Of a stretch of DNA of 63,826 nt, positions 26,915 through 39,112 are shown piece after piece; the stretch's first letter is position 1, and each line of letters opens with the position of its first letter. The stretch is taken from contig CM052816.1 in NCBI GenBank assembly GCA_028534125.1, positions 6,760,175-6,824,000 of the forward strand, given 5' to 3'. The notes under the pieces are model-generated. The model saw only the letters and a program-made list of their open reading frames with translations, did not search any database and was not told where the DNA came from. The translations under genes and the position numbers were made by a program. Source of the DNA: Lama glama. Taxonomy: Eukaryota.

Positions 26915-27410
26915 GACTGTAGTAGATGCATTTGTTGACCGGCATTTATCTATTGCTAATGCCATCTCCTTGGCCTGCCTCCTCTATAAAGCCAGAAAAA
27001 GGCAATACTCAGTTTCCCAGCATCCCTTGCATCTAGGGATAGTCATAACTCAAGCCAATGAGATGTAAGAAGAATTCAGCCAGGGGCCTCTGGGAAGACT
27101 TTTACTTTTTATCATTAAAGAAATACACATGGCTACCCACATCCTCTTGCTGCTTCCTTGGACAAAGATTTGCTGCCTGAAGCAAGCATTCAGGTCATAA
27201 CCATCTGTGACCAGGAGTATTCAAGCATAAAGAAGAAAAGCACACATACTGAAGGTATCAGAGGCAGAACAGAATGTTAGAAAGACCCTGAGTCCTTAAT
27301 GGCATCATTGAAGTGGAATCACTATTAACAGTATCAACAGTAGCACCAAAATTGTTACTAGAGGGGAAAAAAATCCATTTGCTTAAACCAATATTAGTTG
27401 CAGCCAAAGA
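26915..27410 (+). mobile_element. Old MaLR LTR (MLT1J/K-like)
   Basis: tttcccagcatcccttgcatctagg, gccaatgagatgtaag, ccctgagtccttaatggcatcattga, ttgcagccaaa. Confidence 0.75.
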
Positions 27411-28939
27411 AAAATGATATACTTATCTTAGACAAATTAATCTCTCTAAGCCTCAGGTGTCATATCTATAAAATGAAGAACAAACATACCTATCTCATCA
27501 GTCTACTGTCACATCATTAATTCAGTATATATTAACTGAGCACCTACTATGTAATAGACACTGATCCAGGAGCCAAGGACATAGCAGAAATAAAAGGTTC
27601 CTTTGACTATGGAACAGATTTCTAATCTTGAGAGGCAGGCAATAAACAAATAAATATAAGCGTGTCATGTACTTTGAAGTCTAAAGTTAAAAACACACAT
27701 GAAGGACCTGGCATGGTGTTCAGCACAGAGCAGTGCTCAATAAACAGCATCTGCTATTACTACGGCTCTTATTGGTATTCAATTAATACTGCTTACACTC
27801 TTTAAGACTCCCTCAAATCCTCATATATATGAGTTATTAGAAATATGGGGCTCTCAAGCCATCCCATATTGTCACAAGGAATCCTTGCACTCTGATCTGC
27901 TGATTAACTTTTTTCTTCTCGAGCTGGGAACTTTCTCTTTTAGATCTTGAGGCTCCAAGATTCACATGCCTTTAGAACTTTTCAATACCAGGACTTGTCC
28001 TGAATGATCAAACCAGAAAGGCTAAAATAGCTAGAAAGGATGAAGGAAGTTGGAGAGGAGTGGGATTTTGCTCCAGGTGGCTGCTCTGTCTTTAACTAGA
28101 AACCTGGCAGGGCTTTGCCTGGAACAATTAACCCATGCAAATACATGTTAATGACTATTTCTCTCAAGATATGGCCAGGAGACACCTAACTGGGACTGAA
28201 CAATATAATCCAAAATGCCTTTGTTTTTCAGAAGTCATTTCAATAAAAAACTGATTTCATGAGTGGGAATTACAAACCAAAGGTACAGAGTTAGGCTTTG
28301 AAATACCGTGGGATAAATCCAGGCTCTACTCCTGGATCCAACAGTGATTTTCTGTGTGATCCTGAGCAATCCTACCCTTCTCTGGTCCCCAGTTTTCCCA
28401 TCAGTACAGTGATAGAGCTGGACTAGACCACGTCTAAGGGACCTTTCAGCACTGACACCCTGTCTTTCTACTTTTCTCAAATCATCTACGCTTGGTGAGA
28501 CTCCCTACCCTCCGCAGTAGTGGAACAGGGGTGCCTCTCTCAGCATATTTGCTAATGCCCAGCCACCAGGGGAAAAAAATTGCTGACTGATGCTCTGGCT
28601 GCCTGTGTGTTGTTCAACACCTACTTACAGCTCTAATCAGCTGGTTTTCACACCCAGGAGATGGAGATTGATTGCTGACACTGACCTGGCAAGGAGACCA
28701 TCCTGCAGTCACCAGCCAAAGCAGCATAGCCACGCAGGCTGGGAATCTGGCAAGTAGTACTTGCCAAATGGGAAAAAGAGCATAGAACAAAAGAATGGCA
28801 GGTGGTTTTGCACAGTGGTTAAGGACATTGGTTGTAGAGTCAGGTAGACCTGAACTTCATCCCTTTCTCTATCACTTTCTACCTGTATGAACTTGGACAT
28901 GTTGCTTCACATGTTTCTCAACAGCAGCGGACCTTGACG

Positions 28940-29390
28940 CATAGTCCCAGGGAGCGAATCTTGATGGGTCTATAGGGCACAGAAGTCTCTTCTGCTTGCC
29001 AGTGACTGCATAAACCAGCATGACATCCAGTCTTGGTAACTGAGACCTGAGAAAGTTTTTTCTGGGTAACTTCTTGGAAATTTTCTTTGCTAAAAAAAAA
29101 TAAGTAAGTAAGTAAACGAAAGAGACACCTGCAAGCCTCTTGGTCATTAAGGTTATGATGCTAATTTAAGCCACTCTGTGACTGAAGAAAGACCCTGCTG
29201 ATAGAATGAGTGCAGCAGAGCAAAAAATGGAAGGAACCTGGGTCTGTGATGATGTCCCTGAGCCACTAAATCCTTCACAACCCTGGAGCTGCCTTTTTCC
29301 CAGGCTGCTTGCTTCTGCTAGATGAGAAAAGAAATCTCTACTGTATGTACTACTTTTAGTAATTTTCTGTTCAATGTATCCAAAGCTTCC
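28940..29390 (+). mobile_element. Old MaLR LTR fragment (MLT1K/L-like) inserted in a MIR
   Basis: ggaacctgggtctgtgatgatgtccctgagccact...ccctggagctgcc. Confidence 0.6.
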
Positions 29391-29924
29391 AGAGAGCAGC
29401 AGTCACAATAATTGTTATCAATGCTAAAATTCTAGAGCCCAGAGTAGCATATAAAAGCAAAAACTCAAGAGTTAGAAGAATTAGGCTCAAATCCTAATAA
29501 CTCTCTTTAGTACCCTATATCTTCATTTCCTCACTATTTAAATACAGATATATTTCTGAAGATTACAAGGATTTGAAAAGTCATAAGGATTTATATAAAC
29601 TTGGCAGATTATTATTACTACCCACTCTGCCATTGGTAGTCTCTGACATGTAAGGAAAACACAGTAGCTGAGAGTCAGAAGAAATAGTTCTTCATGGTGG
29701 CTCTGACTTTAATTTCCATGGTGACATTGGACAACTCCTTTCCCCACTCTGGACCTTTAAAATTAGAGTCTTGGACTGGTTTAAATCTAAGATCATTCTT
29801 GGAATTGATATTCTATGAATTGAAATAATATATTCTTTTTCTTTCATATACAGCAAAAAAAAAATGTTGACAAAGGTGACAATAAAGTTGGTGGGAGAGC
29901 CAAGCAAACCTCCAATGAGCACAG

Positions 29925-30060
29925 TATGCTGCGCTTAGTGCTCTGGCGTTGCAGGTACCTACCGCCCACAGTCCCTACCTGCGCGGTCCCACTTCACTCT
30001 CCTCTCTGCATTAAGTTGCCTGCTGCACTCGACCTTCACCTCTAGCTATTCTGCTGGATA
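29925..30060 (-). promoter_or_regulatory. Small CpG-retaining unique segment; candidate promoter/first exon or enhancer
   Basis: Several CpGs in ~110 bp against a CpG-depleted background. Two minus-strand donors: CAG|gtaggg (29978) and GCG|gtaggt (29962). Confidence 0.35.
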
Positions 30061-30845
30061 ATTTCTCTGGCATCTCAATGCACGAAGAAAATGCTGCCTG
30101 AAAGTTCCTTGTTTTTCCTCATGAAGAACAAGTTATTGAAAAAACAAGGACACTAAAAGCAAGGATTCTCAAAATGAAATTATTTTGGTCTCATGCAGGA
30201 ATTGTTTAAGAAAATAGACTAAAACTCCCATCCAAATCAACTAAATAGCACTTCTAAATTATCCAATCCAGACACAACACCATATGGGACAGAAGTAGAT
30301 GCTATTTTACCCATTTTCCTAGCGGATAAAAGCAAGTTTGCCTTGTGCCACTGCATGTAGACTGACAAAGAACCTTCCCATCTGTGGAGCATGTGGTCCT
30401 ACAGAAAGTGTACTACACACCTTCTATGTGCCAGGAACTGTTCTAGGCTTTAACATCATTCTCCAACATGCATACATACCGTCCCTTTCCTCAGTTGTGT
30501 GTCCAGTCGGTAGGGTAGGTTCCTCCCCAGGCCAAAATGATGAATTGTGTTCTTTGTCAACACTAGTCATTAGCAGTCTTCCCACTCCTCTTTGATTGTT
30601 ATAATTCTTGAAGTGAGCATGTGATCCAGGGGTCACAAAGACCATGTAAACATTTGATGTTTTGCTTTAAAAGTAACCATGGCTAAAGCTTATTACAGCA
30701 AAGGATACACAATAGGATTAGCAAGGGGAAAAGACACAAGGTAGAATCTGGAGAAGTCCATGTCCAGGCTTTCTTAGACTATCTCCATCTGGTAAGGAGA
30801 TCTGTGAGTGTGACCTTTTTACAAGCACTTAAAGAAATGCAGTGC

Positions 30846-33800
30846 AAGGATGCTCAGTCTCATCACTTTCATTCAACAGAGTACTGGAAGTCCTAGCCAG
30901 AGCAATTAGGCAAGAAAAAATAAATGAAAGACGTCCAAATTGGAAAGGAAGAAATAAAACTGTCACTATTTGCAAATAACATGGTATTATATAGAGAAAA
31001 CTCTAAAAATTCTATCAAAATAACTGTTAGACCTAACAAATAAATTCAACAAAGTTGCAGAATACAAAATCAATATATAGGAATCTGTTGCATTTCTATG
31101 CACTAATAATAAACTATTAGAGAAGTTAAGAAAACAAACCCATCAAAAAGAATAAAATACATAGGAATAATTTAACCGAGGAAGTGAAAGACTTGTATGC
31201 TGAGAACTATTAAACAATGATGAAAGAAATGGAGGAAAAAACACAAAAAAATTGAAAGGATATTTGGTGCTCATGGCTTGAAAGAATTGATATTGTTCAA
31301 ATATTCATACTACCCAAAGCAATCTAGAATTTAATGCAATTCCTACCAAAATTCCAGTGGCATTTTTCATAGAAAGAGAAAAAATTCTAAAATTTGTATG
31401 GAATCACAAAACATCCCAAATAGCCAGAGTAATCTTGAGAAAGAAGAGCAAAGCTGGAGGCATCAGGTTCCCTGATTTCAAACTACATTACAAGACTTCA
31501 GTCATCAAAAATGTATGATAGTAGTGTAAAAACAGACACATAGATCAATGGAACAGAATAGACAACTCAGAAAAATATATCAATTTATGACAAAGGAACC
31601 AAGAATATACAATAAGGAAAGAACAGTCTCTTTAATAAATGGTGTTGGGAAAACATGACAGCCACATGCAAAAAAAGAAACTGGACTACTCTCCTACAGT
31701 ACATGCAAAATACACAAACATAAACTGAAAATGGATTAAAGACTTGAATGCAAACCCTGAAACCTAAAACTCCAAGAAGAGAACATAGATGGCAGTCTTC
31801 TTGACATCAGTCTTAGTGATGATATCTTTGGATTTGACACCAAAAGCAAAGACAACAAAAGCAAAAATAAACAAATGGGACGATATCAAACTACAAAGCT
31901 TCTGCACAGAAAAGGAAAACATCAACAGAATGAAAAGGCCACCCATTGAACGGAATGAAAAGGCCACCCATTGAACGCGGTGAAATATTTGCACATCATA
32001 TACAGTGTACTTCAGATATGGTGTGTTCAGTCCCAAACTATGACAATAAGACAAATATTGAAATAAAGCAAGTCACATGAATTTTTTGGTTTCCCAGTGC
32101 AAATAAAAGTTATGTTTACACTATACAGTAATCTATTAAGTATGCAATAGTATAATACCATTTGAAATAGTATATAAATACTGTTTGAAAGTCTTTTTAA
32201 AGAAATTTTGTGCCACTCCCAGGTGTGGTGCATCCTGGGTGCACCCCCACCCCACCCTGCCCCCATGCAGCAGCAGACAGTGGTCCAGGTGCAAGTTGCT
32301 GTGGGTGGCAGGCATGATCTGCTAGCACAGGGGCACTGTACCCAGTGATGCTGTGCCAGGAACCAGCCATTCTCAGCCCACTCACCACCATGACAGCTGC
32401 AGGTGCCCAGGGCTCACAAGGCCCCTGCCAGGCCCAATGCCATGGGACCTTAACTCAGGGCTAGCAGCAGGATGTTTGGGAGAGGGAGGGCACACTCAGG
32501 CCTCACATCTGGAGCTGCCTACCTTGGCCCTTGCTTGGCCAGTGGCCACTGTACATACCTTAATTTTAAAATACTTCATTGCTAAAAAAATTCTACCCAT
32601 CATCTGAGCCTTCAGCAAGTCATAGTAGTAACATCAAAGATCACTGATAACAGATCATTATAACAAATATAATCATAATGGAAAGTTTAAAATATTGGGA
32701 AAATTACCAAAATATGACACAGACACACGTAGTGAATAAATGCCACTGGAAAAATGGCACCAACAGACTTGCTCGACACAGGGTTGCCAACAACATTCAA
32801 TTTGTAAGAAAAAAAAAAATACTGTATCTGACAGAGTGATAAAGCTAAACACAATAAAATGAGTTAGGCCAGTAACCAATAACAGGTTACTAACAAAAAA
32901 TATAAAGAACTCATACAACCCAAGAGCAAAAAAAAAAATCCAATTTAAAAATGGGCAGAGGGTATGAATACACATTTTTCCAAAGAAGACATACAGATGG
33001 CCTACCAGTACTGAAAAGATGCTCTACATCACTAACGATCAGGGCAATTCAAATCAAAACCACAATGAGATATCACCTTATACCTGTCAGAATGGCTATT
33101 TTCAAAGAGTCAAGAAATAAGTATTGGCAAGGATGTGCAGAAAAGGGAGCCCTTGTACACTGCTGGTGAGAATGTAAACTGATGCAGCTACTATGGGAAA
33201 CAGTGGAGGAAACTCAAAAAATTAAAAATAGAACTATTATATGATACAACAATCCCACTGCTGGGAATTTATTCAAAGAAAAGGAAGACATTAATTCAAA
33301 AACATATCTGCACCCCCGTGTTCATTGTAGGATTATTTGAAATAGCCAAGATATGGAAACAACCCAAACAACACACCCATGAATGGATGAACTGCTGAAG
33401 AAAACATGGCGTATTCATACAATAGAATATCATTCAGCCATAAAAAAAGAAAGAAATTTTAACATTTGTGACAACTTGGATGGACCTTGAGGTCATTATG
33501 CTAAGTGAACTAAATTAGACAGAGGAAGACAAATACTGTATGACCTCACTTATATGTGGAATTAAAAAAAAAAACCAATCGCTTAGATACAGAGAACAGA
33601 TAGGTGGTTGCCAGAGGTGGGGGGGGTAGGAGTGGGTAAAATGGGTGAAGGGGGTCAAATAAAATAAGTAAGCCATGGGGATGTGATGTGTAACATGACG
33701 CCTATTCTTAATTATACTGTGTTGTATATTTGAAAGTTGCTAAGAGACTACATCTTACTGGACCAGACTTACTGTATTGATCATTTTGCAATACATACAA

Positions 33801-33884
33801 ACGTCAAATTATTATGTTGTATATCTGAAACTAATATAATATTGTATGTCAATTACACTTCAATTTTAAAAAGAAAAAAAAAAG
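30846..33884 (+). mobile_element. Middle-aged L1 (L1MA-type) ORF2 3' half and 3' UTR, split by a Tigger element
   Basis: ttcaacagagtactggaagtcctagccagagcaattaggcaagaa. Peptides [17 protein letters not shown] and [17 protein letters not shown]-tail at ~33867-33883. Confidence 0.92.
32003..32872 (-). mobile_element. Tigger1 internal-deletion derivative (Tigger1a_Art-like), TA TSD, carrying a foreign insert at ~32157-32549
   Basis: Both Tigger1 ends present (aataaagcaagtcacatgaattttttggtttcccagtgc; ggaaaaatggcaccaacagacttgctcgacacagggttgcca). TA at 32001-32002 and 32873-32874. Confidence 0.88.
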
Positions 33885-34198
33885 ACAGTAACATGTACAA
33901 TGTTTTTGCCTAGGGAAGTCCATTTGAACTTGACACTGTAAGTTTTTACTGGGGGCTGATCATATCAGCACACTCTGCTCAGCACATACCAAGACTCCAA
34001 AGTGTCAGAAGAAAAGCAGGTGTTCAGCATAAATTATATTGTTTGTATAAACATTTGAAGAGCCATAAACCACACTTTTCTGTTAGTGAATGGGTCAAAT
34101 ATCAAATCCCCAGATGCTAGCCAAGGGCCAACCTTGCAAGCAGGCACTTCTAAAAGTAGCAGCCTCTGTCTTGCTATGTTGACTCTTTTCTGTGTAAC

Positions 34199-34588
34199 AT
34201 GTGACTCAGTTCTGATCAATGGGACATAAAAAGAATTCTGCTGGATACTTCCTGAGAGATTTTAGTGAGAAGAAAATCTCCCCTTTTCTATCATTTTACC
34301 TCCTGCTTATAGGGATGTTGAATAAAGATAAAATACCTGGAGATGAGGCATCCATGTTGCAATAGCAAGGGAACAAACACGAAGATGAAAATATAACATG
34401 CTGAGTGCAGCCAAAAAAGAGGTGGAAAAAGTGCCTGAGTCCTTGAAAGTATCACTGAGCAACTGAACTAATACCAACAGCCACCTACCACCACACTTTA
34501 TGTTTTGTGAGGAAAACAAGCCCCCACAGGCTTAAGCCATTGGTAGTAAAACCTTGTTACTTGCAGCCAAATTCACTTCTAACTGTAC
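34199..34588 (+). mobile_element. MaLR LTR (MLT1I/J-like) 3' part; 5' part probably ~30495-30625
   Basis: catgtgactcagttctgatcaatggg, cctgagtccttga...actgagcaactgaac, gcttaagcca...tgttacttgcagccaaa. Confidence 0.75.
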
Positions 34589-34794
34589 AACAACCAAGCA
34601 AAAACATCCACAGCTTTTTTTTTTAATGAAGCTTCCAGTCTAGTGGGGGAGGCAAAATAATTACACTAATGGATGTGTATTTGCAAACTGAGACAGGTAC
34701 TTGGAAGAGAAATTGAGTTACATTAGAATACAAAAAAAAAGGAAACTGACCTAGGTTGGTTACAAAGAGGGAAGGAAATACAGAAAATTTTGAA

Positions 34795-35322
34795 GTTACT
34801 TATTTCCATAGCATAAACTGCTCCCAAATTTAAAAGCTTAAAACAGTTATTTTATTTTGATCATGATTTTGTGAGTTATGTATTCTGGAAAAACTTAGCT
34901 AGGAATTCTCTCTTGGGGTCTCTAATGAAGTTTCAGTAAGATATCAACTGAGGCTGCAGTCACATGACAATCTGGCTGAGCTAGGTATTTAAGATGGGTT
35001 CATCACAAGGCTAGCAGGTGATGCTGGCTGTCAGTTGGGAGCTCAGCTGGCTGCTGACCAAAGCACTCCAGCACAGAGTCCAAGGAAAGCGGGAGTTCTT
35101 GCAAAGCGGCTCAGGGATCCAAGTGTAACTGTTCCCAGAAACAAAGTGGAAACTGTATGGTACATTATGACCTAGCCTCTGAAATTACAGAGCATCAGTT
35201 TCACCATACTCTTGGTCAAAGCAGTTATAAAACTGCTCAGATCCAAAAGTATGGCTATAGAACCCCCTCTTCTCAATGGCTAGGATGTCAAAGAAGGTAC
35301 GGGCCTATTCTAAAACCTCCAC
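34795..35322 (-). mobile_element. MaLR solo LTR (MLT1H-like)
   Basis: gcttaaaaca...tcatgattttgtg, gatgctggctgtcagttgggagctcagctgg, ttatgacctagcctctgaa; ends in ccaca. Confidence 0.8.
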
Positions 35323-36451
35323 AGGCTTCCTTAGGAGATGAGATTGAATTAGTATCTGAAGAATGAATAGGAAATATTAGCCAAACAGAAGAGGAAAAGA
35401 AATATTACATTATTCAGAGAATAGCTTGTTCCAAGAAAGGCCCAGTGGTGGAAGAAAGCACAGCATACTGGAGAACAGAGACCACACCACAGAAAGTGAG
35501 GTGTAGGGGAAACGATAAGGGGAGTAGTGGTTTGAAGGGAACTCATGCTGGACTTTGCAGGCTGGCGTAAGAATCTGAATCTTCATCCTCCAGTCACTAC
35601 CTGTGTGATCTTGAATTAAGTTAGTAAAAACAGGTGTCACTCTCTGTTAAATGGGGGTGGACACTGATCATACGTACTTTATACAACTATCATAAGGTTT
35701 AAGGAGATAATCTCTATACAGTAAGTGAACTGCTCAGTAAATGGTAGTTGGGACTAGTATTGTGGTTATTTTTATCATACTTTTATATATTACTAGATAG
35801 AGCATTCATCTGCAGAAATTCCATTAAACTGAAGCCCAGCTCTGCTGCTGAAGAAAGGGGAAGTCTCTTCTCCATGTAACTGATGAAGGAAGTGATGTAA
35901 CAAAGGGCAAGTGTGTTGATTTCACCACCAGAGAGAATCCCAGAGCAATGATTACTGGCTCTGTAACCTCAAGCATGTCACTAAACTCCACGGAGCTTCT
36001 ACTACCTCATCTCTAAAGTGGGAATAACACCCACCAGACTGGGTTATTTTGAGAATAAAAGAGAAAACGTGTGTAAAACATTTAGAGCCTCAACAGGACC
36101 CAATAAACTTCTCTCTTCCCACTCAGAGGTCTAACCTTCAAAACACTGAAATAACACAGTGTTTCAACCAGATCTTACCATTGTTGACAATAATACAGAG
36201 GTGAATCAGACACTGACTGCTCTCTGTGCTGATCTATAAATCTACTTAGTAGGTTCCAGACTCAGAATCTCTCCTTCTGCCCAGCATCTCTCCCTTCAGA
36301 TTCTTGTATAGATTGCTCTTCAGTTCATTCAGGTTTCTACTCAAGTAAGGAAGGGGTGAGGAAAGGCTTCATGAGCTAGAATCTCAAAGTAGGTATGATT
36401 TAGTAACATAGAAAATAGGGCATAGGGTACCTCAAGTCAAAAGAACAGCAT

Positions 36452-39112
36452 AGGAGAAGGGCCAAGATGGCAGAGTAGAGGGACACTTTTAGCTCACCCT
36501 ATCCTACAAATACACCAAGAGTGAAATCCACGGACCCACCCATCCACTCAGAACACCTGCTGAACTTTGACAGAACATTGCCTTCTCGAAAAGACAAAAT
36601 ACGCCACAAATCTGGTAGAAGAAAAGGGAAAAAGAAGGAAGAAAAGGGAAAAAGAAGGAAGAAAAGGAAAATAGTGTGGACTGGTCACGTGGGGAGGGAG
36701 CCCCGAAAGAGGAATAGCGCTTGTTCGCTGGGTCTTCCCTCTCCAGCGGAGGGGTCAGCAAGATGGAGGGGAAGCCTCCGAGGCTCAGATCTGTATGGAA
36801 AAGCCCTTGACCAGCGGAACTAAGTTAAATGGACACAAAGGGTCCGTGCAACCCCCAGCCCTAGTCACTAAAGCAAAGCAACACTGCTGGTGTGCCCTGG
36901 GGGGAGGGGCACCGTAGCCTTTGTCTCCTCAGACTGGAGGCACCATTACTGACGCTTTCTTGGGAGAAGAGAGGCGAGGCTCAGCCACAGCCACCATGTT
37001 CTGCCAGGCAGAGGCGGGTTCAACACCTGAATACGTACCTAGGGACTCTGCAACCTCATAGGCAGGACTGACATTTCTTTACAGCCCCAGGCAGAGGGGA
37101 CTCTTCTGCTCCGCTGTCTCAGTGAACTTACGCCTCAAAGACAAAGGAGCAAGGAGTGGAGTTCTAGCACAGAGCAGGGGCGAGGGCTGGTGCAGCCTCG
37201 GAGTGACCGCCCATGTACCGAGCTCGAGCACAGGGACGCAGCGTAGGGAGGGGCCGCGACCCACCCACCGGCACTGGGAGCAGCACAGACCAAGGGCACT
37301 ACCGCAGGGCCTCTGGAACCAGCGAGCCAAGCTTGTGCAGCAGGGAGAGGGCAGGAGTGGCGACAACCAAAGGACAAAAAGGAGGCCCCGCTCAATAGCC
37401 AAGGCAGGCTCTGGCCACCAGAACACCAGTCACACCCCCAACCAAAGGGATAAGAGCCAAAAGGCACGGAAGAAAGACTTGGCAACCATCCATACTTAAG
37501 AAGGACCTCTCAACAAAATTAAGAGCACACAGTCTCCACAGGAATACATCCTCCTTTTTTTTCCTAATTTTTAATTTTTTAAATCCCTTTTAAAATTTTC
37601 ATTTAACATTTTTTATCAATTTTTAAAATTTGTCTCAATTTGATTTTTACTTCTCTTTATATTGTTCTTCTGTTATTGATTATACTGTTTTCAAATCTTT
37701 TTTCTTTTAAATTTTTAAAAATTTGTCTCAATTTTATTTTTATTTCTCTGTTTTGTTCTGTTATTGATTATACTGTTTTCAATCTTTTTTCTTTTAAAAT
37801 TTTTAAAACTTGTCTCAATTTTATTTTTATTTCTGTTTTGTTCTTCTGTTATTGATTATACTGTTTTCAATCTTTTTTCTTTAAAATTTTTTAAAATTTG
37901 TCTCAATTTTATTTTTATTTCTCTGTTATGTTCTTCTGTTATTGATTATACTGTTTTCAAATCTTTTTTTCTTTTAAATTTTAAACAAATGGGACCTAAT
38001 TAAACTCATAAGCTTTTGCACAGCAAAGGAAACCATAAGCAAAACAAAACAACAATCTACAGAATGGGAGAAAATATTTGCAAAAATGAGACTGACAAGG
38101 GCTTGATTTCCAGAATATATAAACAGCTCATATGACTTATAAAGAAAAAAACAACCCAATCCAAAAATGGGCAGAAAACCTAAACAAGCAGTTCTCTGAT
38201 GAAGAGATATAAATGGCCAATAGGCACATGAAAAAATGTTCAATATCACTAATTCTCAGAGAAATGTAAATTAAAACTACAATGAGGTATCACCTCACAC
38301 CAGTCAGAATGGCCATCATTCAAAAGTCCACAGATGATAAATGCTGGAGAGGGTGTGAAGAAAAGGGAACCCTCCTACACTGTTGGTAGGAATGCAGTTT
38401 GGTGCAGCCATTGTGGAAAACAGTATGGAGATTCCTCAAAAGACTAAAAATAGACTTACCATATGACTCAGCACTCCACTCCTGGGCATATATCCAGAGG
38501 GAAACTTAATTCAATAAGCCACCTGCACCCCAATGTTCACAGCAGCACTATTTACAATAGCCAAGACGTGGAAACAACCTAAATGTCCGTCGACAGATGA
38601 CTGCATAAAGAAGTTGTAGTATATTTATACAATGAAATACTACTCAGCCATTAAAAATGATAAAATAATGTCATTTGCAGCAACATGGATGGCCCTGGAG
38701 ACTGTCATTCTAAGTGAAATAAGCCAGAAAGAGAAAGAAAAATGCCATATGATATCACTCATATGTGGAATCTGAAAAAAAAAAGACACATGAACATATA
38801 TGAAACATACAGACTCACAGACATAGAATACAGACTTGTGGTTGACAAGGGTGAGAAGAGTGGGAAGGGATAAACTGGGAGTTCAAGATTGGCAGATAAT
38901 GACTGGTATATATAAAACAGAAAAACAACTTTCTACTGTATAGCACAGGGAAATGTATTCAATATCTTATAGTAGCTTATGGTGAAAAAGAATATGAAAA
39001 TGAATATATTTATATTCATGTATGACTGAAACATTATGCTGTACACCAGAATCTGATACAACATTGTAAACTGACTATACCTCAATTAAAAGGAGGGGGG
39101 CACACACACAAA
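36452..39112 (+). mobile_element. Internally deleted young L1: 5' UTR fused to ORF2 3' end, 3' UTR and tail, 13-bp TSD
   Basis: TSD aaaagaacagcat at 36439-36451 and 39113-39125. Starts aggagaagggccaagatggc (YY1-type L1 start), CpG-rich to ~37500. ORF2 resumes at aaacaaatgggacc (37983). Confidence 0.9.
37620..37982. repeat. AT/T-rich minisatellite, 4 copies of ~88-93 bp
   Basis: gtctcaa recurs at 37632, 37725, 37812 and 37900. Each unit contains ttctgttattgattatactgttttcaa. Confidence 0.95.

Larger units (their letters stand above)
30625..34198 (-). mobile_element. MER21B-like LTR in two pieces (~30625-30845 and ~33885-34198), split by an L1
   Basis: gctaaagcttattacagcaaaggatacac on the left; cccagatgctagccaagggccaaccttgcaagcaggc...tgctatgttgactcttttctg on the right. 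Confidence 0.8.

Noticed and set aside
37079..37499. Overlapping 115-125 aa ORFs
   Set aside because: They lie in a GC-rich L1 5' UTR where stops are rare. An ORF0-like product cannot be supported without family-wide conservation.
37620..37982. CRISPR-like regular repeats
   Set aside because: The units are contiguous with no unique spacers, sit inside a mammalian L1, and no cas genes are present.
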